Source of the DNA: Alkalispirochaeta sp.
GTDB taxonomy: Bacteria; Spirochaetota; Spirochaetia; DSM-27196; Alkalispirochaetaceae
Assembly: GCA_965601925.1 (NCBI GenBank)
Contig: OZ271854.1
Coordinates: 1,920,001-1,984,000 of the forward strand
Direction: 5' to 3'
Length of the DNA: 64,000 bases
Below the pieces are notes generated by a model, which saw only the letters and a program-made list of their open reading frames with translations, was not told where the DNA came from and made no database searches. Each line of letters opens with the position of its first letter. The first letter of the stretch is position 1. A program made the translations under genes and the position numbers. This document shows positions 1-9,295 of the stretch, piece after piece.

Positions 1-71
1 ACGCGGGAGTTTCGATCGGTGGGGTGCTCTTGATTCTGACCATGTTTTTTACGAAGGAAAAACAAGCGTGA
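1..71 (+). CDS. lspA: 3' end of probable lipoprotein signal peptidase II (partial)
   Basis: Frame from nt 3 reads AGVSIGGVLLILTMFFTKEKQA*, resembling the LspA C-terminal (D)xxIxxG helix. The stop overlaps the next start (GTGA). Only 23 codons are visible. Confidence 0.5.
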   Translation, partial: AGVSIGGVLLILTMFFTKEKQA

Positions 72-340
72 ATAAGCGACTCAATTCCGTCCTCTTCATT
101 CTCGGTGCGACGATACTCAATATCGTGGCGATGATTCTCATTTTTTTCGTGTGTATGGTACTGTTCGCCCGCTTTTTTGCGCCCCACCTGAGCCCGGCGG
201 TCAATCAGGTGATTCTCCTCGTGCTGTTCATCGGATCGGTCGTGCTGACGTACTTTCTCTACCACCGCCTCATGAAATGGCTCTCCAACAAGTATCCCTT
301 GGAGGAGTACTTCGGTCCGTTGTTCGGTAAGAAGAGATGA
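68..340 (+). CDS. small two-TM membrane protein
   Basis: 90-aa ORF with two hydrophobic helices, coupled to the upstream stop (GTGA). Confidence 0.8.
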   Translation: MNKRLNSVLFILGATILNIVAMILIFFVCMVLFARFFAPHLSPAVNQVILLVLFIGSVVLTYFLYHRLMKWLSNKYPLEEYFGPLFGKKR

Positions 341-452
341 ATAACGTCGGCGACGGACGAACGCGCTCCACGGAAGGTCGAATGAATCCGCTTGCGATGT
401 GCGGCGGGCGGGAAGAACCATAGAAGAACTCCTCCGCCCCGTCGCCCGAGCA

Positions 453-806
453 CTACGATCGTCTGGTTTTGAGATCGAGAAACTCATATACTAAGACGCC
501 GTCGTCTCTCACTTCCATACTGACATTCGTACCGTCTTCCACCGTCAGCTTTTCGAGAAGTTTTCGGGCGTTTTTCGTCTTCATTCCAAGGTGAAGCACG
601 AGATCGGATGTCGTCAGTACGCCGTCTTGCCTACTCGCCAACTCATACACTTTTTGTTCAAGATTACGCGACGTACCGACATCACGTCGGTTTCGATGTA
701 TCATCGGGAACGATCCCCTTCGAAGGACCATGAACGCCATGCAGCCGACCATGCCGATAGCCGGAGCTATCATGAACAGTGGATTGGCCTGAAAAAAGGG
801 CATCAT
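453..806 (-). CDS. hypothetical protein, N-terminal TM plus possible winged-helix-like C-terminus
   Basis: SD AGGAG upstream. Hydrophobic N-terminus, then GVLTTSDLVLHLGMKTKNARKLLEKL...GVLVYEF. Confidence 0.7.
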   Translation of the reverse strand: MMPFFQANPLFMIAPAIGMVGCMAFMVLRRGSFPMIHRNRRDVGTSRNLEQKVYELASRQDGVLTTSDLVLHLGMKTKNARKLLEKLTVEDGTNVSMEVRDDGVLVYEFLDLKTRRS

Positions 807-934
807 AAGCAGTCTCCTGTGTGTCGGGCGTCACTCCGACACGTATTTCCTTATGTAAACGGAACCCCGGTATCGGGATGTTGTTTTGTCGGAGTACGTT
901 GAGACGCCCGGATCGACCCCGCTTGTAGCGCGAA

Positions 935-2545
935 TCAATAGCCGTCGGACATCGCGCGGTTCTGGTCTTTCTTATAGAGCTCCTGGTATACGAAACCGCG
1001 GTTTTTGAGCGCGTCCTTGATATCCTGAGGGAACGGCATGTAGCGCCAAAAGATGGCGCGGGCGTTGCGGTCGACCTTTTGCGTGCCCTCGCTCTCTTTG
1101 GTGATCCAAAGGATGTAGTCCTGTATGAACTGATCCTTTACATCGCCTTTGAGCTTCTGCTCGGTAAACCACTGATAGTACCAGCCGGTGAGTCCCTCCT
1201 CCATCCAGTAGTGAGCCGCTTTTTCCTTGGCGACCTGCCACCTGAGATCGCCGAGCGCCGCGATAACGGCCTGTTTGAGATCTTTGGGATACATCGGCAC
1301 AGCAAGGCGACCGCGGCTCGTTGCGCGATTGTAGCGCTCGAAGGGCTCCCAACAGATGCCGAAATCGCCGTAACACGGGACGAGAATCACGTTGGGAACG
1401 ATGCGCGTCGTTTTCTGCTTGAATGTGCGTTCAAAAATACCGGGGTCGAGATACTCGACATCGGCGAGGATGTTGTTGACATTCTCCCGCGTACCGACGC
1501 CGGCGAGTCCGCCTCGGAAGTACTGCTTGTACAGCAGTGGAAAGTGGTTACCTTGGCGACCGATACAGAGTTTGGCCATCTGGCGGATGGTGCCCATCTC
1601 TTCCGCCGACGCTTTGGTGTCGACGTTGTCGAGGACGTCGCCGGAGGCCTCGGCTTGATTCCGCAGGTCCTCGTACGAGTCCTTGTGACGTTCGAGTTCT
1701 TTGAACGATCGGCTCATATCGCGGCCCTGGTTGCTCAAACGGCGAAGCTCCGCCGAGATGTCCGAAAAGAGGCTGCGTTGGGCGTCGGTGTACGGGCCCT
1801 TCTCGCCGTCGGCCATGGCGTGAGGGTGTCTATCGCACAACTGCGCGACCAGTTTTCCCAGATTCTCCTCGCTGGCCTCCATTTCGCGATTGCGCGTCTT
1901 GATGAGCTCTATCTGGGCCTCGACCTTGCCGCGGGCGCTGTCCAATTGACGGGCAACCTTCGACGCCTGCTGTGTCGAGGTAGGCTTGGTTTCGTCGGTG
2001 GCGGATACGTTTATCTCCCCCTGGGCCACCTTTGCGAGCCATTCATCGACGTAGTGGATCGGTTCTCCGAGACGATTCTCGTCGATGATTTTTGCGATCA
2101 TGAGGCGCTGATCCTTGTCGAGCATCGTCGGCAACAGCACACCGAATCGTAGGGTGAGCATTTTCGGGTCCGGGAGTCGGCTGTAGGCCTTTTGCGCGAT
2201 CGAGCGGGTGAGCTCCCAGAATACCGGAATGAGGCGATTGCGATAGAGCGAACGATCTTCGGGATTTTCCGCCTTGAGAAACTGAGCCAACGTAGCGTGA
2301 AGGCGCTTAGCGATTTCGCCTTCGCCGGTCAACGCGTCTTTGTAAAAATCTGCGTTACGAAAGTAGTGTTTGGGATCCTCCGAAAGCGTCTCTGCTTTTC
2401 GGAATGTCTTTTGACCGGACGACGTTGCCTCGTCGTTATCGACGCCCTCCCCGTTTCCTTCGTCGAAGAGCTCTTCGAAGTCGGGCGCCTCGTCGCCGTT
2501 ATCTGAAACAAAAAGATTCTCGCTCGTATCAAATGGAGAGCCCAT
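935..2545 (-). CDS. hypothetical protein (536 aa, central coiled coil)
   Basis: Start trimmed to ATG 2545 (MGSPFD) because the longer ORF runs through the tRNA and its terminator. TATAGT lies 6 nt upstream of the ATG. Confidence 0.8.
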   Translation of the reverse strand: MGSPFDTSENLFVSDNGDEAPDFEELFDEGNGEGVDNDEATSSGQKTFRKAETLSEDPKHYFRNADFYKDALTGEGEIAKRLHATLAQFLKAENPEDRSLYRNRLIPVFWELTRSIAQKAYSRLPDPKMLTLRFGVLLPTMLDKDQRLMIAKIIDENRLGEPIHYVDEWLAKVAQGEINVSATDETKPTSTQQASKVARQLDSARGKVEAQIELIKTRNREMEASEENLGKLVAQLCDRHPHAMADGEKGPYTDAQRSLFSDISAELRRLSNQGRDMSRSFKELERHKDSYEDLRNQAEASGDVLDNVDTKASAEEMGTIRQMAKLCIGRQGNHFPLLYKQYFRGGLAGVGTRENVNNILADVEYLDPGIFERTFKQKTTRIVPNVILVPCYGDFGICWEPFERYNRATSRGRLAVPMYPKDLKQAVIAALGDLRWQVAKEKAAHYWMEEGLTGWYYQWFTEQKLKGDVKDQFIQDYILWITKESEGTQKVDRNARAIFWRYMPFPQDIKDALKNRGFVYQELYKKDQNRAMSDGY

Positions 2546-2684
2546 ACTCACACTATATACTACGAGCCCGCCCGTGTTCAGTCCAGCCGCTCGATATTCT
2601 CGATATTGCCAAGTACTGCATACGACTCCAGTACTATGCGACGCGAGACGACGGCCGGTGGCGTTCGGACTCCGATCTATGTAT

Positions 2685-2710
2685 AAAAAAAGACCGTCTT
2701 GCGACGGTCT
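2685..2710 (-). terminator. intrinsic terminator after tRNA-Ala
   Basis: Minus strand AGACCGTC-GCAA-GACGGTCT followed by a T run. Confidence 0.85.
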
Positions 2711-2716
2711 GCGTTG

Positions 2717-2790
2717 TGGAGGTGACGGGATTCGAACCCGTGACCCCTTGAATGCCATTCAAGTACTCTAGCCAACTGAGCTACACCCCC
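2717..2790 (-). tRNA. tRNA-Ala (anticodon GGC), CCA not encoded
   Basis: GGGGGTG/CACCTCC acceptor stem, TAGCTCAGTTGG D arm, CTTGA-ATGGCAT-TCAAG anticodon arm, GGTTCGAATCC T arm. Confidence 0.97.
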
Positions 2791-2854
2791 AAACGGCGAT
2801 TATCCGCATCGGACCTGCAATCGTGCGATTGATACCGACGTGTTAATCATCGGA

Positions 2855-2883
2855 CTTATATCAAGATACCGAGGCCCTGTCAA
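2855..2883 (-). promoter_or_regulatory. sigma70-type promoter for tRNA-Ala
   Basis: TTGACA-N17-TATAAG on the minus strand, with TG extension. Confidence 0.7.
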
Positions 2884-2896
2884 GGTCGAGCGGTCC

Positions 2897-2925
2897 TTGC
2901 ATCTCTACCGCGATGACTCTACGAT
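2897..2925 (+). promoter_or_regulatory. sigma70-type promoter for the GAF/GGDEF gene
   Basis: TTGCAT-N17-TACGAT. Confidence 0.55.
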
Positions 2926-2946
2926 GGAGCATCGGAAAAAAGTATC

Positions 2947-3705
2947 ATGTCTGACCCAATGCCTTCCATGACGCAACGTCTTGCAGCCATGCACGAGCTC
3001 CATTTCGAGTTGAGCGCAGCCGAGTCGACCGATGAGGTATGTCGACGCGCCGTGTCCCGCGGACGGTTCTATACCGGCATCGATCGCATCGGCATATGGC
3101 TTCTCGACTTGGACGACCCACGCTGGTTCTTCGGCAGCTACGGCATCGATGAGATCGGCTCGGTGCGCGACGAGCGGTCGAGTCGCGTACCGTTGGATCC
3201 GCACGTCTATGACGCCGATTTTTTCGAGCGGCGCGTGCCGTACCGTTTTATGCCCGGTCATTCCGTGTACGACGATACCCACCGCGAGGTGGGGCGAGCC
3301 GACTTGGTGGTAGCGCCGATGTGGAACGGGACACTCTCGATCGGAACGGTGTGCGCCGATACGTTTCTCAATCGACGGTCCATGACCGAGGACGATTGCG
3401 AACTCGCGGCGCTGTTGGCCCGTATGGTCGGTCATCTGGTGACGATCAAGCGCTCCGAGGAGAAGTTGCGGGAGTCCGCCTACGAGTTGGAGCGCTTAGC
3501 GACGACCGACGAACTCACCGGTTTTCTCAATCGGAGAACCGGCATTCAGCTTCTGGAACATCTGATTACATTGTCCCGACGAACCTCAGATACGGTGAGC
3601 GTCTGTTTTCTCGACCTCGATCGACTTAAACGGATAAACGACACACTCGGCCATCGCGCCGATTTGGCGATGTATGCACAGAAACGAGCACACAAACGGT
3701 GGTAA
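2947..3705 (+). CDS. GAF-like sensor plus internally deleted GGDEF domain (probably inactive diguanylate cyclase)
   Basis: GAF-like N-terminus and coiled linker. TDELTGFLNRR and DLDRLKRINDTLGH join directly to RADLAMYAQK; the GG(D/E)EF core is absent. Confidence 0.75.
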   Translation: MSDPMPSMTQRLAAMHELHFELSAAESTDEVCRRAVSRGRFYTGIDRIGIWLLDLDDPRWFFGSYGIDEIGSVRDERSSRVPLDPHVYDADFFERRVPYRFMPGHSVYDDTHREVGRADLVVAPMWNGTLSIGTVCADTFLNRRSMTEDDCELAALLARMVGHLVTIKRSEEKLRESAYELERLATTDELTGFLNRRTGIQLLEHLITLSRRTSDTVSVCFLDLDRLKRINDTLGHRADLAMYAQKRAHKRW

Positions 3706-3716
3706 CCGGCGTCTCC

Positions 3717-4448
3717 CTACGGTTCCGCATCGACGAATCGGGCGATATCCTCGGCGCATCGCCGCGCGATCGCCGGCTCGACGCCGAAGTCGTTGTGCCC
3801 CACCGCCTCTGTTGCGGGGTATACGATCGTGCGCGCCGAGACGGCGTGGGCAAACTCCGCCGTCTCCCGGAAGTCAACGACGCGATCGGCCTCGCTTGCG
3901 ATCGCCAGTGTATGTTGGGCAAGGGCGTCGGGAAAGGCGTCGGTATGAAACCACCGTCGTTTTCGTGCAAGCGCTTTGAGTTGTGCGCTTTCGTCTACCG
4001 CCGAGGAGAATATACGCCGCTGCGTCTCCTCGAGAACACGAGGCCCGAAAAAACGCCGCTGCATCTCCCTCCTCCCGACAAGTCCCAAGGCGAAACGGAT
4101 TCGCAAACCTATGCCGAACGCCCTGCCGACCGGCTCCCCGTAAGGGCTCGCGATGATTACCACGTGAGACACGATATCGGTGTCGAGATCGCGCGCCGCG
4201 AGCGCGGACAACACTCCTCCCAAACTGTGACCGATGAGCGTAACGGCGCGACTCGAGCGCGCTCTCACGTTCCGGCAGAGCGCCGTCAACGACCGGACGC
4301 CGTCGGCGATATCGTCGATCGCGAGATCGGGCGCCTCGATGTGGGAGAAGACGGAGGATAACTCGCTTCGCAGCGCATCCCAGAAAAAACTGCGCACTCC
4401 GTAACCGTGGACCAGAATTGCCGAGCGGCCGTACATAGCTACTCTCAC
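3717..4448 (-). CDS. alpha/beta-fold hydrolase
   Basis: LVHGY oxyanion motif, GHSLGG nucleophile elbow, D-x-VV and GH near the C-terminus. Start may be ATG 4436. Confidence 0.85.
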   Translation of the reverse strand: MRVAMYGRSAILVHGYGVRSFFWDALRSELSSVFSHIEAPDLAIDDIADGVRSLTALCRNVRARSSRAVTLIGHSLGGVLSALAARDLDTDIVSHVVIIASPYGEPVGRAFGIGLRIRFALGLVGRREMQRRFFGPRVLEETQRRIFSSAVDESAQLKALARKRRWFHTDAFPDALAQHTLAIASEADRVVDFRETAEFAHAVSARTIVYPATEAVGHNDFGVEPAIARRCAEDIARFVDAEP

Positions 4449-4490
4449 ACTACTTAATGAAATTCAGTCGGTCAACCGGTCGACTTTCTG

Positions 4491-4519
4491 TTGACCACGC
4501 ACATACGTCGGATTAGCTT
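4491..4519 (+). promoter_or_regulatory. possible sigma70 promoter for the acyl-CoA dehydrogenase operon
   Basis: TTGACC-N17-TAGCTT; the -35 overlaps the inverted repeat GGTCAAC/GTTGACC. Confidence 0.4.
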
Positions 4520-4721
4520 AGAATGATGGAGTGAAACACTCCAGGCATTTTCAAAAAGAACGTTCTTTGAAAATGTCAGGGCCTTTAGAAATCATAATTA
4601 TATACCATGTATGTAATTATGATTTCGACCCGGACGCATCTGGATGTGTTCCTCAGGGCTTCGTCCTTCCGGTACACATCCGAGCCGAGCAAAAGCCGAA
4701 GGCTGTAACCAGCCCCGATAT

Positions 4722-4758
4722 TGAGGCTCTTGCAAAATGCAATTTTGAAAGAGCCTCA
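4722..4758. repeat. 17-bp inverted repeat (16/17 match)
   Basis: TGAGGCTCTTGCAAAAT-GCA-ATTTTGAAAGAGCCTCA. Confidence 0.8.
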
Positions 4759-4811
4759 CTCAATAATTCCTTCGGCTCTTTGTCGTCGAGTGCCATAGAG
4801 AGGAGCATGCA

Positions 4812-6542
4812 ATGGAGCATATGGATATGGGATTTCTTGAGCAGTTGTATCACGGCGCCTACCGCGAAGACCTCCTTACGGCACACGGATCGTCGGTCGA
4901 CATGCCGAAGGTCGAGGCCTTTGTCGCGCGCTATCACGACATTGTGGGGCGCTATAATCCGCTGGAGCTTGAGGCGAGTACGCGCATTCCCGACTCGTTG
5001 ATGAATGAGCTCAAAGAGCTCGGGATATTCGGCCTGACGATTCCGCAAGCGTACGGCGGGCTCGGATTCACCACCAATGAGTACCTGTTAGTGGTGGAGG
5101 CGATGGCGCGCTCGGACATGGCGCTCGTATTGATTCCCCTTGCGCATCTGTCGATCGGCCTCAAAGGCATCGTGCTGTACGCGAACGAGGAGCAGAAAAA
5201 AAACTACCTCACACCGGCCGCAAGCGGCGAGATGATCTTTGCCTACGCGCTGACCGAACCCAAGACGGGCTCCGATGCCCAACGTATCGAAACGTATGCG
5301 CGTCTGTCTGAGGACGGGTCGCACTACCTCTTGAACGGCGGCAAGACGTACATCACCAACGGCAATTACGCCGGCGGTATGACGGTGTTTGCTCAACTCG
5401 ATCCGGAGAACAGGCCCGGGTTTATGGGGGCGTTCATCGTGGAAACGGCGTGGGACGGTGTGAAGGTGGGGCGCGACATGCCGAAGATGGGACTGAAGGT
5501 GAGCTCCACCACGCCGATACGCTTCAAGGACGTGCGCGTGCCCGCGGAGAACCTCATCGGAGAGCCCGGCGACGGGTTCAAGATCGCGATGAATATCCTC
5601 AACTACGGCCGCCTCGGTTTGGGGGCGGCAAGTGCGGGCCTCATGAAGCAGTCGGTCGACGACATGGAGAAGCGCGCCTCGAGCCGCAAACAGTTCGGCG
5701 TGCCGATCCGCGATTTCGAGCTGATTCAGGAGAAGATCGTCACCGCGCGCGCCCACGCCTTTGCCGCAGCGAACATCACGTCATTTACCGCGCGGCTGTT
5801 GGAAGAGAACCCACTCATGAACGTCGCGATCGAGAGCTCGCACACCAAGCTGTACGGCACGAACGAGTGTTGGAACACCCTCTACGAGGCGTTGCAAACC
5901 GCGGGAGGTGCCGGTTTCATTCAGTCGATGCCGTACGAGAAGCGTATGCGCGACTTTCGCGTTACGACGATCTTTGAGGGAACCACCGAAATCCATTCGA
6001 TCTATCCGCCCCTCACCGTCTTTCGCCGTATCGGCAAAGAGTTGAAGGGGGCGGGGAGCATGAAGCGCCTCGCCGCGGTTCGACGGCTCTCGCGTCCTAT
6101 ATTGAAGTCCGACGTCGCCGGGAACGATCCGACGCTTCGCGCCGCCATGGGTGCCGCCCGGGACAGCGAGAAGCTGTTTCGTCGCCTCTTGCGCTACGGT
6201 TTGATGCGCCACGGAAAGCGTGTCGTGAATGAGGAGTTTTTTCTCCGAAAGATGACGCGTCTGAGTGTGAGTCTTTTGTGGCTTGTCAGCTCGGTCGTAA
6301 CGTTGCGCAATCGTTACGGAGAGCAACCCATCGGCGAGGAAGACCGCGCTCTTCTGCACTATCTCATCGCAGAGGCGCGAGAGGTTCAGACGAGAAACGG
6401 CCACCCCGAAGGCGGGATGCGTGAGGCGGCCCATCGAATGGTAATGGCGGCGACGCCCCCGGCGAGCAGATCCGGGTCTACCGAGACGCCAAACAGCGAG
6501 TCGACAAGGCACAAAGACGTCGAGAGGGTGCCGGCGAGATGA
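4812..6542 (+). CDS. acyl-CoA dehydrogenase (long-chain/VLCAD-like, with C-terminal extension)
   Basis: AYALTEPKTGSDA, NGGKTYITNG, KMGLK, RKQFG and catalytic IFEGTTEI motifs; SD AGGAG. Confidence 0.95.
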   Translation: MEHMDMGFLEQLYHGAYREDLLTAHGSSVDMPKVEAFVARYHDIVGRYNPLELEASTRIPDSLMNELKELGIFGLTIPQAYGGLGFTTNEYLLVVEAMARSDMALVLIPLAHLSIGLKGIVLYANEEQKKNYLTPAASGEMIFAYALTEPKTGSDAQRIETYARLSEDGSHYLLNGGKTYITNGNYAGGMTVFAQLDPENRPGFMGAFIVETAWDGVKVGRDMPKMGLKVSSTTPIRFKDVRVPAENLIGEPGDGFKIAMNILNYGRLGLGAASAGLMKQSVDDMEKRASSRKQFGVPIRDFELIQEKIVTARAHAFAAANITSFTARLLEENPLMNVAIESSHTKLYGTNECWNTLYEALQTAGGAGFIQSMPYEKRMRDFRVTTIFEGTTEIHSIYPPLTVFRRIGKELKGAGSMKRLAAVRRLSRPILKSDVAGNDPTLRAAMGAARDSEKLFRRLLRYGLMRHGKRVVNEEFFLRKMTRLSVSLLWLVSSVVTLRNRYGEQPIGEEDRALLHYLIAEAREVQTRNGHPEGGMREAAHRMVMAATPPASRSGSTETPNSESTRHKDVERVPAR

Positions 6543-7021
6543 CCGGACGCAGTGTCCCTGCGGGAGCCTTGCCGCTGCCCGAAGACCATACGTTGGCCGC
6601 ATGGCGAGAATGGCTCGAACGCTTTCGCGATCGCACGGCGCTCGGACCGCACAGCGTCGAACTCGTCTCCGTCGACGATGAGCACATGGCGCTCTCGATG
6701 GCGATCGGCGATCACGCGAGGCAGCCGTACGGCCTCCTACACGGCGGTGTGAGTATGTTGCTCGCCGAGTCCGCGGCGAGTCTACACGCCTGCTGGAAGG
6801 TCGATCTCACGCAGCGCGTCCCGGTGGGAATCGAGATCAACGGCTCCCATCTAAATGCAATTCGTGAAGGCACGGTGATCGCCCACGCTACGCAACTGCG
6901 TCGGAGTTTCCGCCTCGTCCACCACCTCGTTGATATCCGGGATGCCGGTCGCGATCGAGTACTCTCGACGATCAGAGTGACCAACTACTATCAGAGTGTG
7001 CCCGGGGCCGCCGACCGGTAG
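6539..7021 (+). CDS. PaaI/hotdog-fold acyl-CoA thioesterase
   Basis: QPYGLLHGGVSMLLAESAAS motif; ATGA overlap with the upstream gene. Confidence 0.9.
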   Translation: MTGRSVPAGALPLPEDHTLAAWREWLERFRDRTALGPHSVELVSVDDEHMALSMAIGDHARQPYGLLHGGVSMLLAESAASLHACWKVDLTQRVPVGIEINGSHLNAIREGTVIAHATQLRRSFRLVHHLVDIRDAGRDRVLSTIRVTNYYQSVPGAADR

Positions 7022-7063
7022 ACGAGCGCCGCTCCGATGGTCGGCCGAGGAACAATGCGACCG

Positions 7064-9295
7064 TCAGTCGTAAAATCCGCGCCCCTCATCGGCGAGGCGT
7101 CCCAACAACGGCGCCGGCTCGAAGCGCGCTGCGACACGGCCGGACAACTCTTCGAGACGCTCGCGAATCGCGGATACCCCGATCGTGTCGGCCCACCGTA
7201 GGAGGCCGCCGCGGAACGGCGGAAACCCCGTGCCCATGATCATCGCAAGATCGAGCTCTCTCGCCGATGCGACGACCTGCTCATCCAAAGCGTAGGCCGC
7301 CTCGTTCACCATGTTGAGCATCGCGCGGTCGAAGATATCCCGTTCCGACGGGACGCCGCGGGAACCGTCTGCACGGTCGCGCAGGAGCGTTTTCATCGCC
7401 GGGTTTGGCTCGCCGCGTGTGCTTCCTCGGTAGAGATAGAAGCCCGCACCCGATTTCTTGCCCAGGATCGACGCATCCGATCGGACGGCGTCCAGGATCT
7501 GTGCGGTAGCCATGCGGCTGCCGAAGGCGTGGTGGAGCGTCTCCGCGACGTGAAATCCGACGTCGATGCCGACCTCGTCGAGGAGCGTGTACGGCCCCAT
7601 CGGCATCCCGAAGCGCGTGAAGATGCGGTCCGCCGTCACGTAATCCACGCCCTCGCCCAGCATCACCGCCGCTTCGTTCAAATAGGGGAGGAGGAGACGA
7701 TTTACGAGAAAGCCGGGGCTGTTTTTTACGACGACCGGCGTCTTTCCCAAAGCGAGCGTCGCCTTCACCACGTCGCCGACGACCTCCGCGGAGGTCCGCG
7801 CCCCGCGAATTACTTCGACCAGAGGCATGCGATCGACGGGGTTGAAGAAGTGCATACCGACGAATCGTTCGGGGTGCGATAGGGATTCGGCCATCTCGTC
7901 GATCGAGAGCGCCGAGGTGTTGCTGACGATGATCGCATTCTTCGAGACGGAACGTTCCACCTCGGCCAGAACCTTTTTCTTGACGTCGATTCGCTCGACC
8001 ACCGCCTCCACGACGAGATCGGGCATACCCAGCGCGGCGTACTCCACCGCCCCGTGGATGTGGTTGAGCTTGAGATTTACTTGGCGATCATCGAGCTTGC
8101 GACGCGACTGGAGATAGTCGTAGACCTCCTTGGCGCTCTGATATCCCTTGTGCACCGCGTCCCAGTTGATATCCTTCATCACCGTCGGAATATCTTTGTT
8201 GCTGAACAGCCACGCGATGCGTCCGCCCATGACGCCGGCGCCCAACACCGCGGCACGGCTCACGCGAAAGTCGCCTCGCGCGTGCGCGACCGCCTCGTGT
8301 CGCTTGGTCGCCTCGCGGGAGAAGAACAACCGTACCAGGTTCTTGCACACGTCGGTGACGGCCAGCGCGCCGAAGGCGGCGGCCTCGATGCGGAGCGCCC
8401 TCGTACGCCTCCGACGGTTCGCTATGCCGCCGCCGACGGTACGGCGTAACACCCCGAGGGCCGCCGGTTGTGCCGGATAGTGGCCGCCGGTCCGCCGTCG
8501 CACATCTTTGGCGGCGGCACGAAATACCAACCCGCGTCCGATCGCGGTGCGTTCGAGAAACCATGTTCGACGCGCCTTTGCCTTGGCGCGACTCCGATCG
8601 ACACCGGAGTCACCGCCGGCCTCGACGATACGCGCAACGAGCGAACGTCCCCACTCGGCGAAAAATGCCGGGGGATATACCGCGTCGACGAGTCCTATTT
8701 TGAACGCTCGGTCGGCGTCCACCGTCGATCCCGCGAGGATCATTTTCGTCGCCTGTACCCGGCCGACGATTCGCGGAAGGCGAAACGTGCCGCCCCAACC
8801 GGGAAGGACTCCCAGTTGCGTCTCCGGGAGTCCGATCTTCGTACGGGGGTTTGAGGCGGCGATGCGGTAGTCGCAGCTCAACGCAAGTTCCAAACCGCCG
8901 CCGACGCAGCTGCCGTTGATCGCGGCCATAGTCGGTACCGCAAGATCTTGTATGCGGTTAAAGAGCGTCTGCCCCGCCGAGGCCGCCTCGCGCGCCTCGG
9001 TCTCGTCGTCCAGCGCTTCGATAAGCTTGATGTCCGCGCCGGCGATGAAGTTGCCGTCTTTGGCGCTGGCGAAGATCACCGACGATATCGTCTGCTCGTC
9101 GGCGAGGCGTTCGAGTTCGCCGACGCGGCGCTCCAACTCGAGGAGCGCCTCTCTGGTAAAGGTGTTAAGCTTCTCTCCCGGGCTGTCGAACGTGAGCGTT
9201 GCGACGCGGTCCTCTATCGTCAGGTGGAAGTGCTCCGGCACGCCGTCGCCTTGCCCACGGTCGGCGGTCGTATTGTTCGTTGCGGCGGTACTCAT
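7064..9295 (-). CDS. fadJ: multifunctional enoyl-CoA hydratase / 3-hydroxyacyl-CoA dehydrogenase (FadJ/FadB-like)
   Basis: AGADI, GGGLELAL, GLPETQLG (crotonase); GAGVMG, SNTS, HFFNP, PGFLVNR (dehydrogenase). ATG 9295 overlaps the thiolase stop. Confidence 0.93.
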   Translation of the reverse strand: MSTAATNNTTADRGQGDGVPEHFHLTIEDRVATLTFDSPGEKLNTFTREALLELERRVGELERLADEQTISSVIFASAKDGNFIAGADIKLIEALDDETEAREAASAGQTLFNRIQDLAVPTMAAINGSCVGGGLELALSCDYRIAASNPRTKIGLPETQLGVLPGWGGTFRLPRIVGRVQATKMILAGSTVDADRAFKIGLVDAVYPPAFFAEWGRSLVARIVEAGGDSGVDRSRAKAKARRTWFLERTAIGRGLVFRAAAKDVRRRTGGHYPAQPAALGVLRRTVGGGIANRRRRTRALRIEAAAFGALAVTDVCKNLVRLFFSREATKRHEAVAHARGDFRVSRAAVLGAGVMGGRIAWLFSNKDIPTVMKDINWDAVHKGYQSAKEVYDYLQSRRKLDDRQVNLKLNHIHGAVEYAALGMPDLVVEAVVERIDVKKKVLAEVERSVSKNAIIVSNTSALSIDEMAESLSHPERFVGMHFFNPVDRMPLVEVIRGARTSAEVVGDVVKATLALGKTPVVVKNSPGFLVNRLLLPYLNEAAVMLGEGVDYVTADRIFTRFGMPMGPYTLLDEVGIDVGFHVAETLHHAFGSRMATAQILDAVRSDASILGKKSGAGFYLYRGSTRGEPNPAMKTLLRDRADGSRGVPSERDIFDRAMLNMVNEAAYALDEQVVASARELDLAMIMGTGFPPFRGGLLRWADTIGVSAIRERLEELSGRVAARFEPAPLLGRLADEGRGFYD

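Noticed and set aside
2546..2758. N-terminal extension of the 607-aa ORF
   Set aside because: It overlaps tRNA-Ala and its terminator; the real start is more plausibly ATG 2545.
2717..2790. tRNA-Ala as an integration site for a mobile element
   Set aside because: I noticed no integrase, no duplicated tRNA 3' end and no compositional break next to it.
4531..5001. 156-aa ORF upstream of the acyl-CoA dehydrogenase
   Set aside because: It crosses the palindromic AT-rich block, overlaps the ACAD gene out of frame and has no recognisable motif.
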